DNA from: Shigella phage Shf125875
Reading direction: 5' to 3' (one strand)
Sequence record: KM407600
Length of the DNA: 64,000 bases
Position 1 is the first letter of the stretch. Every line of letters starts with the position of its first letter. Both the position numbers and the translations under genes were made by a program. The notes below the pieces were generated by a model. The model was not told the DNA's origin, searched no databases, and saw nothing but the letters and a program-made list of their open reading frames with translations. Below are positions 19,324 through 28,266 of this stretch, one piece after another.

Positions 19324-21410
19324 TATCCTTGGACAAATTTAAACGGAACTGATTCTAAATCCATTAAAGATGCTAACAATTTCAAACCTTTAGGTGCACT
19401 AGTTTTTTCTACAAATGAGGAGAACGATACCGGCTCATCCGATTCGATTTCACCCGTCATAGCAACCACCTCGCCTGTTTCCATGAGAACATCACCATCG
19501 TAAATGACGGCTTCATCCAACTGGTCTGAGGACATGACTTCAGCTTGAATAAATTTAAGGTTGGATTCTAAACCTGCACCGGTGTCAGATGACGCATCTG
19601 TAATTTTATTTATCTGCAAGAGAATGCCTCTAGGCAAAATAATTTCTTGCTCATTAGGGTGATTACTCAACTGTCCTGGATAAATCACGTTAACTTTATG
19701 GGCACCGTCAATAGCCCATCCAACGTTAACACGGATTTGTTCTGGCGCATGCATAGCTGTTCTTACTTGACTAGGAGAAATAGTAACACCTTCGTCATTA
19801 TTGTCAATGTTAAGCTCTTTGCGAACTTCTTCAGGAGCAAGTCCAAGGGCAACGTTCTCTTTAAACCCACCGAAAATAATAGGAGCTAGTGAAGTGGAAA
19901 CATAGTTTCTGAAGTAGAATACTTTATTTTTAACCATTGCTTCGTAAATAGGCATTCTGATAGACTGAGCTCTATATAACGTTAGTCCTTCAGGTAAACG
20001 GTCTCCATTTAAAAACGCCGAATCAAGACCATCAATAGCGCGTTTAACTTCATCTTCATCTGCAACATCGTAAAAATCTGGTTTATAACGACCTAACAAC
20101 ATATTATTGATATCTATATATGCAGAAGAGGCATATTCACGAATAGCTCGTTTTTCAGCAACAGAGTATTGTTTAGGGTCCCGATTCATTGTTATATTAA
20201 AGGTGCCTCTAGCCGATTCTCGTGCATAAGTATACATCACATTAGACAAGAACGCTGATTTACGTTGTTTCCAAGTTCTTTCAGATACTTCAGCTAAAAC
20301 GTCGTCAGGCAGTTGGAAATTATCACGTCTAAAATCTTCAAACCATTCGTCTTTAATAGAGTCTGCAATTTCATTTGCAGCTTCAACAAAAGCAGCTAAT
20401 GCTTTAACAGATGTTGTTTTTTCGGTTTTAATTTTCTTAGCAAACTTTTCTAAAGTCGGCTTAATAACACTACCATAAGAAACTTCATCAGCAAATTTAA
20501 AGGATTCATCAATACGATTATAAATCTTATTTTCGATATCAGCAACTAAAGTGCCTTTTGCTGTGGACGATGCTTGGGCTAGTACGATTTCATATGCTTC
20601 AGGAAGTAATTCGGCCGTAGCTGGGCCACTAACTTCTTTAGCAGAATTTTCGTATTTCTGGAATAACTCACCTTCTTGTCGGTCAGCTTCTAAAGATTGA
20701 CTTGCTGCAATAGCACGACGAGAAATTTTAGTACGAGCAATAACAGGCTTATCTTTACGTTTTTCTTCTACAGCAGCAATAGAACCAGCGATAGCCGTTT
20801 CTTTGGTGACCTTTTCGCCGGTCTTTTTACTCACATAAACTTCGCCAACATCAGAATCTACTTTCGTATACAACTCTGTGTTAATGTTAGGGATGCCTTT
20901 AATATCTTCAATGTTGGCATTTTTACGAACCATCATCACATAGGTGTGTTTACCTGTGAATTGATACATTGCCGACAATACTTTAAAACGACCACCGGTT
21001 TTAGTAGAAACTAAACGAGCAAGAAGAGTTTGAAGCTGTTGTCCACGTCCTTTCAATTTCTTGGTAGGGAATCGGAACAGAACTGCATCCATACGAAGAG
21101 CTTTAACCTGTTCATATACTGTATTGAAAATAGTGTTGATTGCATCAATAGGAGCAGGACCAAGGCCATTTTTCAATTCAGCGAGATTACCCTTTTCAGA
21201 TAGACTCATAATAACAACATGAGCGTATTTGTCGCCAAGTTTAACTTGTTTTACGGCATCGCCTTCAGAAAGATAAGAGAATAAGCGAACTACGATGTTT
21301 GTATCGATATCACCAATTTTCCAGACTTGTGGAACTTTAGCTTTAGGGTTCAAATTGACGACAGGAAGACTGCCTTCAGATTCAAACACTTCGTTTATTT
21401 GTTCAGACAT
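19323..21410 (-). CDS. alt: Alt ADP-ribosyltransferase (packaged, modifies host RNA polymerase)
   Basis: 695-aa ORF at the T4 alt position (T4 Alt about 682 aa); assigned by size and synteny. Confidence 0.88.
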   Translation of the reverse strand: MSEQINEVFESEGSLPVVNLNPKAKVPQVWKIGDIDTNIVVRLFSYLSEGDAVKQVKLGDKYAHVVIMSLSEKGNLAELKNGLGPAPIDAINTIFNTVYEQVKALRMDAVLFRFPTKKLKGRGQQLQTLLARLVSTKTGGRFKVLSAMYQFTGKHTYVMMVRKNANIEDIKGIPNINTELYTKVDSDVGEVYVSKKTGEKVTKETAIAGSIAAVEEKRKDKPVIARTKISRRAIAASQSLEADRQEGELFQKYENSAKEVSGPATAELLPEAYEIVLAQASSTAKGTLVADIENKIYNRIDESFKFADEVSYGSVIKPTLEKFAKKIKTEKTTSVKALAAFVEAANEIADSIKDEWFEDFRRDNFQLPDDVLAEVSERTWKQRKSAFLSNVMYTYARESARGTFNITMNRDPKQYSVAEKRAIREYASSAYIDINNMLLGRYKPDFYDVADEDEVKRAIDGLDSAFLNGDRLPEGLTLYRAQSIRMPIYEAMVKNKVFYFRNYVSTSLAPIIFGGFKENVALGLAPEEVRKELNIDNNDEGVTISPSQVRTAMHAPEQIRVNVGWAIDGAHKVNVIYPGQLSNHPNEQEIILPRGILLQINKITDASSDTGAGLESNLKFIQAEVMSSDQLDEAVIYDGDVLMETGEVVAMTGEIESDEPVSFSSFVEKTSAPKGLKLLASLMDLESVPFKFVQG

Positions 21411-21442
21411 AGTGTTTTCCTTTTAGTAATAATTTATATTTA

Positions 21443-21466
21443 TGCCAAAAAGAGCCCGAAGGCTCT
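21443..21466 (-). terminator. hairpin terminator upstream of alt
   Basis: Minus strand reads agagccttcgggctct then ttttgg. Confidence 0.6.
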
Positions 21467-21675
21467 TAATCCACAATCGGGAGCAAAGTACGATAAACTT
21501 CAAAATTAGGGCCTTTTTCGTACCCATTAACGTTATCTACGAAAACCCGATACGAATTTTCATTAGGAAAATCTAATATAATCTGAGAGCAAGAGGTGGA
21601 AACATCTCCACCATCCTTCTTAGCTACAATAACTGTTTCTAAATAAGCTTTCATTATAAACCTGTCTGGGACCAC
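21466..21675 (-). CDS. hypothetical protein (alt.1 position)
   Basis: 69-aa ORF followed by a hairpin terminator. Confidence 0.45.
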   Translation of the reverse strand: MVPDRFIMKAYLETVIVAKKDGGDVSTSCSQIILDFPNENSYRVFVDNVNGYEKGPNFEVYRTLLPIVD

Positions 21676-23147
21676 GGTCCAAATACGTCTTCAAACGAAT
21701 CCGCTTCTGTTTTATCAAAACGGAACCCTTTAATAATTGGAAGGAAAATACCTACAGTACCTTCACGGCCTTTAGAATGAACCCAACCATTACATTCACA
21801 ATCAGCGATACGTCCAATTAATTTACCTTCACGAGCTTCGGCCATTAATCGTTCACGGTCTAAATCATGACGCTCGTCTAAAGGAATAAGAACCTTTACA
21901 CCGTCAACTGTTTTATGAGTTGTATCTTTAAAACCTGAACCACAATCGGTTGTAATACGACGACAACGTGATACGAGTTCGACACCACCTAATTTGTTAG
22001 GGTCTTTAGAGTGTTCGTAGTATCCTACAACTTCTAAAGCGATATCAATAACTTCTTTAAATTTAATTAGATTCTTAGAGCGTTTGTTTTCCCAATATGA
22101 ATCACGGTTTTTAAGGATAATACCTTCAAGACCTTGGTCAACATATTTTTTATAAACCACTTTAGCTTCGTCAAGATTATGAACTAACTGATTTTCAATT
22201 GGCTCAATTCGTTTAAAGCCTTCAGCCATATTTTCAAGAGCAGCAAAACGAACATCATATTTCTGACCTTTAATTTTGCCATCAGAATAGACTTCATCTA
22301 AAGGAACATAGTCCCAGGCTTGAAGAACCATACCTTCCGCTTCTTTAGGAGAAATAGTCCCTTGAAGAGATTTATTTGCTAAACCATTTGAAGTGCTACG
22401 GTCTGCAACTTGTACTTCTTCGGATTCTTCATTATCACCAAATAAGAACGACAGGTCATTTCCTGAGCTCACAGCCTTTTTAATATCAAATGAATGATAA
22501 ACTAATTCACCGTCGATTAAAACCCCATTAGGGTGTCTTTCACGAGCTTCTTTAGTCATTTCCATTAGTTCATCCGCTAATAGAGTAAGACCATGATATT
22601 CATTACCAGCACGAGAAAAGAATTGAACACCATCATCGCGAACTTCAGCGAAACAACGAGCACCATCGGCTTTTAATTGAGCAAATGCAGGCCATTTAAT
22701 ATTTTTAGTAATCAATTTCTCATCATATGCAGATGCTAACATCTGTGGTTGCAATTGAATAAGTCCAGGCCACACCTTATTCGCGATAGACACTGAAGCA
22801 CCTACTTCAAGGTCGCGCATCATTACACGACGAAGGACTTCTACATCGTCAGGTTTACCGTCAGCGATATAACCCATGAGCTCTTTAATTGCAGCATTAC
22901 CAGTGAGTTTACGAGTGGCTAATGTGAACTCAATAAAATCCAACATGTCATCTAATTCAAGAAGACCATACGCTTGAGACCTTTCACCTGGTCCTGGCCA
23001 TTTCTTAATATAATACTGAATGCCACGTGCATACGTTAAACGATACACACGTTCAAGTAATTTGTTGTCCTTATTTTTCTTAAGGATTTCCTGTTTTGTT
23101 TTAGTAGAACCGATCGCAGCTATTTGGTTTAAAATATCTAAAATCAT
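21654..23147 (-). CDS. 30: ATP-dependent DNA ligase gp30
   Basis: 497-aa ORF with ligase motif I KADGAR. Confidence 0.93.
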   Translation of the reverse strand: MILDILNQIAAIGSTKTKQEILKKNKDNKLLERVYRLTYARGIQYYIKKWPGPGERSQAYGLLELDDMLDFIEFTLATRKLTGNAAIKELMGYIADGKPDDVEVLRRVMMRDLEVGASVSIANKVWPGLIQLQPQMLASAYDEKLITKNIKWPAFAQLKADGARCFAEVRDDGVQFFSRAGNEYHGLTLLADELMEMTKEARERHPNGVLIDGELVYHSFDIKKAVSSGNDLSFLFGDNEESEEVQVADRSTSNGLANKSLQGTISPKEAEGMVLQAWDYVPLDEVYSDGKIKGQKYDVRFAALENMAEGFKRIEPIENQLVHNLDEAKVVYKKYVDQGLEGIILKNRDSYWENKRSKNLIKFKEVIDIALEVVGYYEHSKDPNKLGGVELVSRCRRITTDCGSGFKDTTHKTVDGVKVLIPLDERHDLDRERLMAEAREGKLIGRIADCECNGWVHSKGREGTVGIFLPIIKGFRFDKTEADSFEDVFGPWSQTGL

Positions 23148-23413
23148 TTGATATCCTCGATTTTGGTTACGGTTCTATTATAAGCCACTTCATCTAGAAG
23201 CGATTTCAGCGTTTTCTGATAAGTGGTAATCCATTTACCGAGTCCTTCAACATAATATTCTGAAATGTAGATGAACCCTTGTTCAACACACTCTTTAAAT
23301 ATTTCTGCGTCTTTTACTGAACGAAACACCGGCCAGTCTCGAAAGAACATGTTAACATGACCGTAGTCACGTGTGGTGTTTTTGCCATCTGTAATATCAT
23401 GAACTACAAACAT
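23144..23413 (-). CDS. hypothetical protein (30.1 position)
   Basis: 89-aa ORF. Confidence 0.5.
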   Translation of the reverse strand: MFVVHDITDGKNTTRDYGHVNMFFRDWPVFRSVKDAEIFKECVEQGFIYISEYYVEGLGKWITTYQKTLKSLLDEVAYNRTVTKIEDIK

Positions 23414-23422
23414 AATTAGCCC

Positions 23423-24238
23423 TTAACAATTTATAGACCAAGTCCATTTAGACGAATCTAAAGGAAAGTTTTGAATCGTCCACCATGGCTGCATATCGGT
23501 TGGTCCTGGAGTTCGCCAGGTGTACGGATTCGACGGACCGCCAATTTGATTAGGCCATGCACCTGGACTTGTTGCACCAGATTCTTTAAGCAAATCTGCC
23601 AATCGTTTTAAAAGGTCTTCACGATCTGAATCTGAATTATGCTTTGGCGGAACTAAACGAGATTCAATATCATCCCATGTGTGTACACGTTGTGCAGTGC
23701 GAGGAATATCATCACGTTCACCACGAGCCAACCAATAAATCGGTACATTAAGAATTTCTGCCGCATGGTCACAATGATGAGCTAAATCGTCAACGTAACA
23801 AATTACGTTATATTTTGTTTTAGCTAGTTCGAATAATTGTTCCTTTGAAGAATCATGACCACACATCATTACTTCAGAGAAAGCGCCTGGGAACAAAGCA
23901 TTCAAATTAAATTGTCTATTCAATCGAGCATCAATTGAATCACCTAACGCCGTTACGGCTACAAAATTATAGTCTTCTTTTAGTTTATTGATAACTCGAA
24001 GAGCATCCGAATAAGGCGCTAAGTAACGAATAAAATCAGAGCGATTATATTTTTCTATTAATTGTTTACCAAGGTTATCGTCGGTATTGAATAGTTTACC
24101 AGGAGAAATAAATTTTTCGTCCTGAATCATTTTTAAAATATGTTCTAATGGAAGATTATATTTTTGGGCAAAATAAGGAAGTCCCGATTGCCAGCTTAAA
24201 CATACACCATCAATATCAGTCAAAATAGTAGGCTTCAT
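23423..24238 (-). CDS. 30.2: 30.2-like protein, function unknown
   Basis: 271-aa ORF at the T4 30.2 position. Confidence 0.6.
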   Translation of the reverse strand: MKPTILTDIDGVCLSWQSGLPYFAQKYNLPLEHILKMIQDEKFISPGKLFNTDDNLGKQLIEKYNRSDFIRYLAPYSDALRVINKLKEDYNFVAVTALGDSIDARLNRQFNLNALFPGAFSEVMMCGHDSSKEQLFELAKTKYNVICYVDDLAHHCDHAAEILNVPIYWLARGERDDIPRTAQRVHTWDDIESRLVPPKHNSDSDREDLLKRLADLLKESGATSPGAWPNQIGGPSNPYTWRTPGPTDMQPWWTIQNFPLDSSKWTWSINC

Positions 24239-24702
24239 AAAGAGTCTCTTAATAGGTTTAACACATCAATAAATTCAGCTTCAGTTAGTATTGTATCATC
24301 TTTTGTTAGGTGGCTGGCCATGCTATGCTTCAAAATTTTTCCTTTAGAGGCTTGTAAGGCATCGCGAAAACCCTTGTTTTGGATCGCGGCTTCAAAATAT
24401 GCATTTGTGTATAATTCTTTCCACGCTTCAGAGTATCTTGAAAATGGAACTCCTAACCAGAAGAGAGTCCCATGGTCCTGAGCTCTTGCATAAGACCTTC
24501 CAGCTTGCTGTGCAGCCAATCCAGATAACCCAAATATACGTCTTTGTTGTTCAACATTTTTCACCTTACATCCTTGGAGAAATCCTTCAAGACCTCCGAA
24601 TTGAATACCGTCCATAACAAAAGGCCATTGAGCAAAGTTACTTAGTGCACATGACGGCCACTTGAAATTGCTTCTTATCTCTAACTCAGACATCTTTAAC
24701 AC
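24235..24702 (-). CDS. 30.3: 30.3-like protein (possibly YbiA/DUF1768-like N-glycosidase family)
   Basis: 155-aa ORF at the T4 30.3 position; family assignment is from memory, not a search. Confidence 0.55.
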   Translation of the reverse strand: MLKMSELEIRSNFKWPSCALSNFAQWPFVMDGIQFGGLEGFLQGCKVKNVEQQRRIFGLSGLAAQQAGRSYARAQDHGTLFWLGVPFSRYSEAWKELYTNAYFEAAIQNKGFRDALQASKGKILKHSMASHLTKDDTILTEAEFIDVLNLLRDSL

Positions 24703-24904
24703 TTATAATTTCAACATCAGCCCAATGGCCGTATCCTGGTATACGGTCTTCGATAGATAAATTTCCGTCATTTTTAGGCATTTTAATTGACGTAACGTAT
24801 GGTTCTAAACGGTTTTCTGCATAATATGGAAAAACGTCCGTCACACGATAAGTAACTTCAATCATTTCTGTACCAAACAATTTCTGGATTAATTTTTTAA
24901 GCAT
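24686..24904 (-). CDS. hypothetical protein
   Basis: 72-aa ORF in the 30.x early cluster. Confidence 0.4.
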   Translation of the reverse strand: MLKKLIQKLFGTEMIEVTYRVTDVFPYYAENRLEPYVTSIKMPKNDGNLSIEDRIPGYGHWADVEIISVKDV

Positions 24905-24908
24905 TTCA

Positions 24909-25196
24909 TTAGAACCTCATCTGAAAACCATGTGATTTAACATTACCGCCGCCAATATCAGAAATGTTAATTTCACTTGCAATCGAAGGATCGATGTCAA
25001 TTTCACGATTAAGTTTAGTGATAGCTAAAGTATCATGTCCATTTACTGTACGAAACTCCAAAGGACATACTACGTTGACATAGTGTTTAATTGACTCGCT
25101 AGTAGGTTGCAAATGGGCCGGAAGGTCTTTAGGTGCTTTAGAGAAAACAACTTCACAAAAGTTTTTGCGGGTATCAAAATAAGTGGTCATAAACAT
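24909..25196 (-). CDS. hypothetical protein
   Basis: 95-aa ORF in the 30.x early cluster. Confidence 0.45.
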   Translation of the reverse strand: MFMTTYFDTRKNFCEVVFSKAPKDLPAHLQPTSESIKHYVNVVCPLEFRTVNGHDTLAITKLNREIDIDPSIASEINISDIGGGNVKSHGFQMRF

Positions 25197-25212
25197 AATA
25201 TTTTCCTCAATT

Positions 25213-25228
25213 GGGAGCCGAAGCTCCC
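25213..25228 (-). other. UUCG-loop stem-loop without U-tract (RNA stability or processing element?)
   Basis: gggagccgaagctccc; identical stem to the hairpin at 59168-59183. Confidence 0.4.
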
Positions 25229-25235
25229 AGTTAAA

Positions 25236-25601
25236 TTAGATATCGAATTCATTAAGAACTACATCAAAGATTGCTTCGAGATGTTCAGGTTTAGCTCGGT
25301 TACTCAGGATATGACGAATCCAAGTTTTAACCAAAAGTTTACGATTAACACCGTTCCAGCAAGGATGAGTACCTAAATCACGCTGACGGAAATCATCATC
25401 TAATGCAATTTTAAAATTTGAACCTTCCATCGTGATTGAAACCGTGATGCCATTTTCAAATCGCATATAAACGTAATTAGGAGTCATGCACTGTTCGATT
25501 TCACAAACTGTACCGTTTTTGTGTTTCCATAAGCAAATAACTTCAGAAGAACCAGCGATACCGTTAGAAACATATTTACGTTCGAAGTTGATGTAGTTCA
25601 T
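25236..25601 (-). CDS. hypothetical early protein
   Basis: 121-aa ORF preceded by the early promoter at 25643-25671. Confidence 0.5.
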   Translation of the reverse strand: MNYINFERKYVSNGIAGSSEVICLWKHKNGTVCEIEQCMTPNYVYMRFENGITVSITMEGSNFKIALDDDFRQRDLGTHPCWNGVNRKLLVKTWIRHILSNRAKPEHLEAIFDVVLNEFDI

Positions 25602-25642
25602 TTTATTCTCCAGATGTTTAAGTTGTTTGTTGGTACAGGTCT

Positions 25643-25671
25643 ATAATAACATAACCTGTACCAAAGTAAAC
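25643..25671 (-). promoter_or_regulatory. early promoter
   Basis: GTTTAC, 17 nt, TATTAT; upstream of ORF 25236..25601. Confidence 0.55.
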
Positions 25672-25675
25672 TGTT

Positions 25676-26044
25676 TTATGCAACTTTAATCCAATTGTCT
25701 AAATTTAAAACACCTTTGGCTTTCATTTTTTCGATCAGGTTATCTGCTGTAATGCGTCCATTTTGATACCATGTAACATCTTCAGAGTAACCAGTTTCTT
25801 CGTCAACATATGTTTCTGAACGAATTTTACCTGTAATAATAGTTTTTAATTCGTATGTGTCACCTGTGAAAAAGTTTGCTAACACAATTTTCCAAGAGAA
25901 ATCATTTGAAGGACCTTCAGGAGTTGTACAACCTACGATCTCAAATTGCTCTTTGTATAACATCCACTGGAATTCTTTAATTTCGATAGCTTTATAACCG
26001 TCGTGGTCTTTACATTTGATGTATGAGTTCAGGTTGATTTTCAT
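25676..26044 (-). CDS. hypothetical early protein
   Basis: 122-aa ORF preceded by the early promoter at 26087-26115. Confidence 0.5.
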   Translation of the reverse strand: MKINLNSYIKCKDHDGYKAIEIKEFQWMLYKEQFEIVGCTTPEGPSNDFSWKIVLANFFTGDTYELKTIITGKIRSETYVDEETGYSEDVTWYQNGRITADNLIEKMKAKGVLNLDNWIKVA

Positions 26045-26086
26045 TTTGTTCTCCAGTTTGTTTTATTGATTAGGTGGTACAAGTCT

Positions 26087-26115
26087 ATAGTAACACATCC
26101 TACAGGAGAGTAAAC
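26087..26115 (-). promoter_or_regulatory. early promoter
   Basis: GTTTAC, 17 nt, TACTAT; upstream of ORF 25676..26044. Confidence 0.6.
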
Positions 26116-26145
26116 ATTTTTTTTAAACTTTTTCTGCCCTAAACG

Positions 26146-26170
26146 CACAAAAGGGAGACCGAAGTCTCCC
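26146..26170 (-). terminator. terminator after the 59-aa basic ORF
   Basis: Minus strand reads gggagacttcggtctccc then ttttgtg. Confidence 0.7.
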
Positions 26171-26175
26171 TAAAA

Positions 26176-26355
26176 TTATGCAACAACCTTTCCAAAACGA
26201 GAAGCATCATCTCGAAGAACTGCACGTGCTCTGCGCATGATCTTCTCAACTGTTTGATTAATACGAGAGTTCGACCCACGCTTGTATCCAGCGCGTTTAG
26301 AGGTACCATCAACTTTCTTTTCAACTGCTTTCTTTGCTTTAGCTTGTTTTGCCAT
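26176..26355 (-). CDS. small basic protein (59 aa, below ORF-track threshold)
   Basis: Hand-translated: MAKQAKAKKAVEKKVDGTSKRAGYKRGSNSRINQTVEKIMRRARAVLRDDASRFGKVVA; followed by a UUCG hairpin terminator at 26153-26170; preferred over the overlapping track ORF 26139..26324. Confidence 0.45.
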   Translation of the reverse strand: MAKQAKAKKAVEKKVDGTSKRAGYKRGSNSRINQTVEKIMRRARAVLRDDASRFGKVVA

Positions 26356-26623
26356 TATAAATTCTCTTTAAATGAAAATGCAGGACTTATTGACATTGCC
26401 TGCGCAAGCCCTCAAGGGGAACATAGGTTTTGGATATTTAACGACAGGATAACCATAAACCCGTCATCATACCAACCACGACTTAGACAGATAACCTTTT
26501 TCTGACGCGTGATAGTACAAAATACATTCAAGAGGTACACCGTAAAATTGTCGGGGCGGTACTTCTAAAACATACCGATTCGCAAATCGATAATCAGACA
26601 ATTCGACGGCTCCTCGATTTAAC

Positions 26624-26872
26624 TTACTTCAGGGTAATAACAAAATGACGAACTGCTTTACGAGCTGCTGAAGCCAGAGGCTTAGCATATTTCAATTCAT
26701 CTTTCTGAGCCAGTACATCACGAAGATCGGCCTGTGCTGGATTCAGATGTTTGAAATACTGTAAGATTTCCAGTGCTTCGGCTTCAACATCAATTGACGC
26801 GCCGTAGTTTTCGTGACCGTTATTCCATGCATGGCGTTGCAGTTCAAGAGCGTGTTGTAATTGTTTAATCAT
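26624..26872 (-). CDS. rIII: rIII lysis-inhibition accessory protein
   Basis: 82-aa ORF at the T4 rIII position. Confidence 0.8.
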   Translation of the reverse strand: MIKQLQHALELQRHAWNNGHENYGASIDVEAEALEILQYFKHLNPAQADLRDVLAQKDELKYAKPLASAARKAVRHFVITLK

Positions 26873-26996
26873 TTTAAATTCTCAATTCGAGATAATATTT
26901 AGTAGCCACGTTCGTCTGAATTTCACCTTCTTTCGACAGGTCTCTCAGTTGTAGGCTACCGCTTAGAAGAGTGTTCTCTTCATATAGTTATTTATA

Positions 26997-27329
26997 TCAC
27001 TTATAAAGACACGGAATAGCTTTATAGTGGCATGTTACGAATTTCTGTTTAATTTCTTTAGGTTGTTTAAGACCTAAAGCCACAAATGGATGTGGAACAT
27101 TTCGAATTTGTCCAACTGGTAGTGGAGTCAAATCACCGACTTCAACAAAACCTTCAGGAACATCAGGACCTACAGAATGAACTACACATAGTTCAGGAAC
27201 TTCACCTTGAACACGTTTACCAATCACAAGTCCTGATTCGGTAACTTCTTCATCACCTGCTTGAGCGGGTTCAGAAACCAGAATGACATATTCACCAACA
27301 GCACGAATTGGGAGTTGTACTTCAGACAT
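26997..27329 (-). CDS. 31: gp31 co-chaperonin (GroES-like, capsid folding)
   Basis: 110-aa ORF; synteny and size. Confidence 0.85.
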   Translation of the reverse strand: MSEVQLPIRAVGEYVILVSEPAQAGDEEVTESGLVIGKRVQGEVPELCVVHSVGPDVPEGFVEVGDLTPLPVGQIRNVPHPFVALGLKQPKEIKQKFVTCHYKAIPCLYK

Positions 27330-27386
27330 CTTATTTCCTTGTTGTTTGACGATAGATTAATAATACCATACTATTCGTAAAGCATA

Positions 27387-27695
27387 TTACATAAGAAGCA
27401 AACGTTCGACCGGAGTACCATCAACCGAAATTACTTTATCAAGGCGGAAAGAACGCCACTGACCTAACTTGGTATCAAATGCTCGAACTGATTCACGAGG
27501 TTCAGAACGAACTTCTGTTGCCGGATTGTTATTTTCATATTTGACTTCAAGTTCATCACGCGAAGCAAACATAGTGCGTACCTCGCCGTTAGCCTTTTCA
27601 AATACAACACAATGAACGCCTACAGACAGAATAGTTTTAATACGTTCACGAAGAACCATAGTTTCTTGTTCAGTTAAAATCATATTATTCACCAC
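27387..27695 (-). CDS. hypothetical protein (31.1 position)
   Basis: 102-aa ORF. Confidence 0.5.
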   Translation of the reverse strand: MVNNMILTEQETMVLRERIKTILSVGVHCVVFEKANGEVRTMFASRDELEVKYENNNPATEVRSEPRESVRAFDTKLGQWRSFRLDKVISVDGTPVERLLLM

Positions 27696-28266
27696 AAAAG
27701 TTTCGGATTTGTTCCCAATTCAGAGAACGAAGATTATTACGAGAGTACTGAATTACTTCAATACCGGCTTGTTTTAGAATGTCTGCCCAATTTTCAGGAG
27801 ATCTGTCATATAATTCTGCGTATACAACCTTTTTAATACCTGACTGCGTAATAGCTTTAGTGCAATCAGGACACGGAGAAAGCGTCGTATATAACGTAGC
27901 ACCTTCAATAGAATTACCTTTACGAGCTGCAAACAAAATTGCGTTCAGTTCCGCATGGATTTCGTTATTAGCAGACCATGCACTATGAGCCGCTCGATGT
28001 TCTTTAGCCAAAACAAAATTATCTGCCCGTCCAAATGCTGTAGTGCCTTCTTTATGACCGGCAATGATGACAGGACTCGGCTTGTTCTTCAACCAACCTT
28101 GTTCAGTAGCATGGTCACAACAGTTTATACCACCTGCAGGTGAACCGTTATATCCAGTAGAGATAATGCGTCCATCTTTTTCAATGACGGCACCTACTTT
28201 CCATGAACAACATTTTGATTCTTGAGAAATCAAATAAGCAATTTGAAGATATGTGCTAGCTTTCAT
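27685..28266 (-). CDS. cd: dCMP deaminase
   Basis: 193-aa ORF with zinc-deaminase motifs (HAE..., PCPDC). Confidence 0.93.
   Translation of the reverse strand: MKASTYLQIAYLISQESKCCSWKVGAVIEKDGRIISTGYNGSPAGGINCCDHATEQGWLKNKPSPVIIAGHKEGTTAFGRADNFVLAKEHRAAHSAWSANNEIHAELNAILFAARKGNSIEGATLYTTLSPCPDCTKAITQSGIKKVVYAELYDRSPENWADILKQAGIEVIQYSRNNLRSLNWEQIRNFCGE

Noticed and set aside
21411-21450. Late-promoter-like ATAAATAT / TATAAATT upstream of alt
   Set aside because: No exact TATAAATA; a one-mismatch match in AT-rich DNA is not convincing on its own.
26139-26324. 61-aa ORF from the six-frame track
   Set aside because: It overlaps the 59-aa basic ORF in a different frame, has a less protein-like composition, and would run through the terminator hairpin; the basic frame is preferred.
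27340-27380. Possible early or middle promoter upstream of gene 31 (CTTTAC ... TATTAT)
   Set aside because: -35 and -10 spacing and sequence are ambiguous; cannot be supported without transcript mapping.
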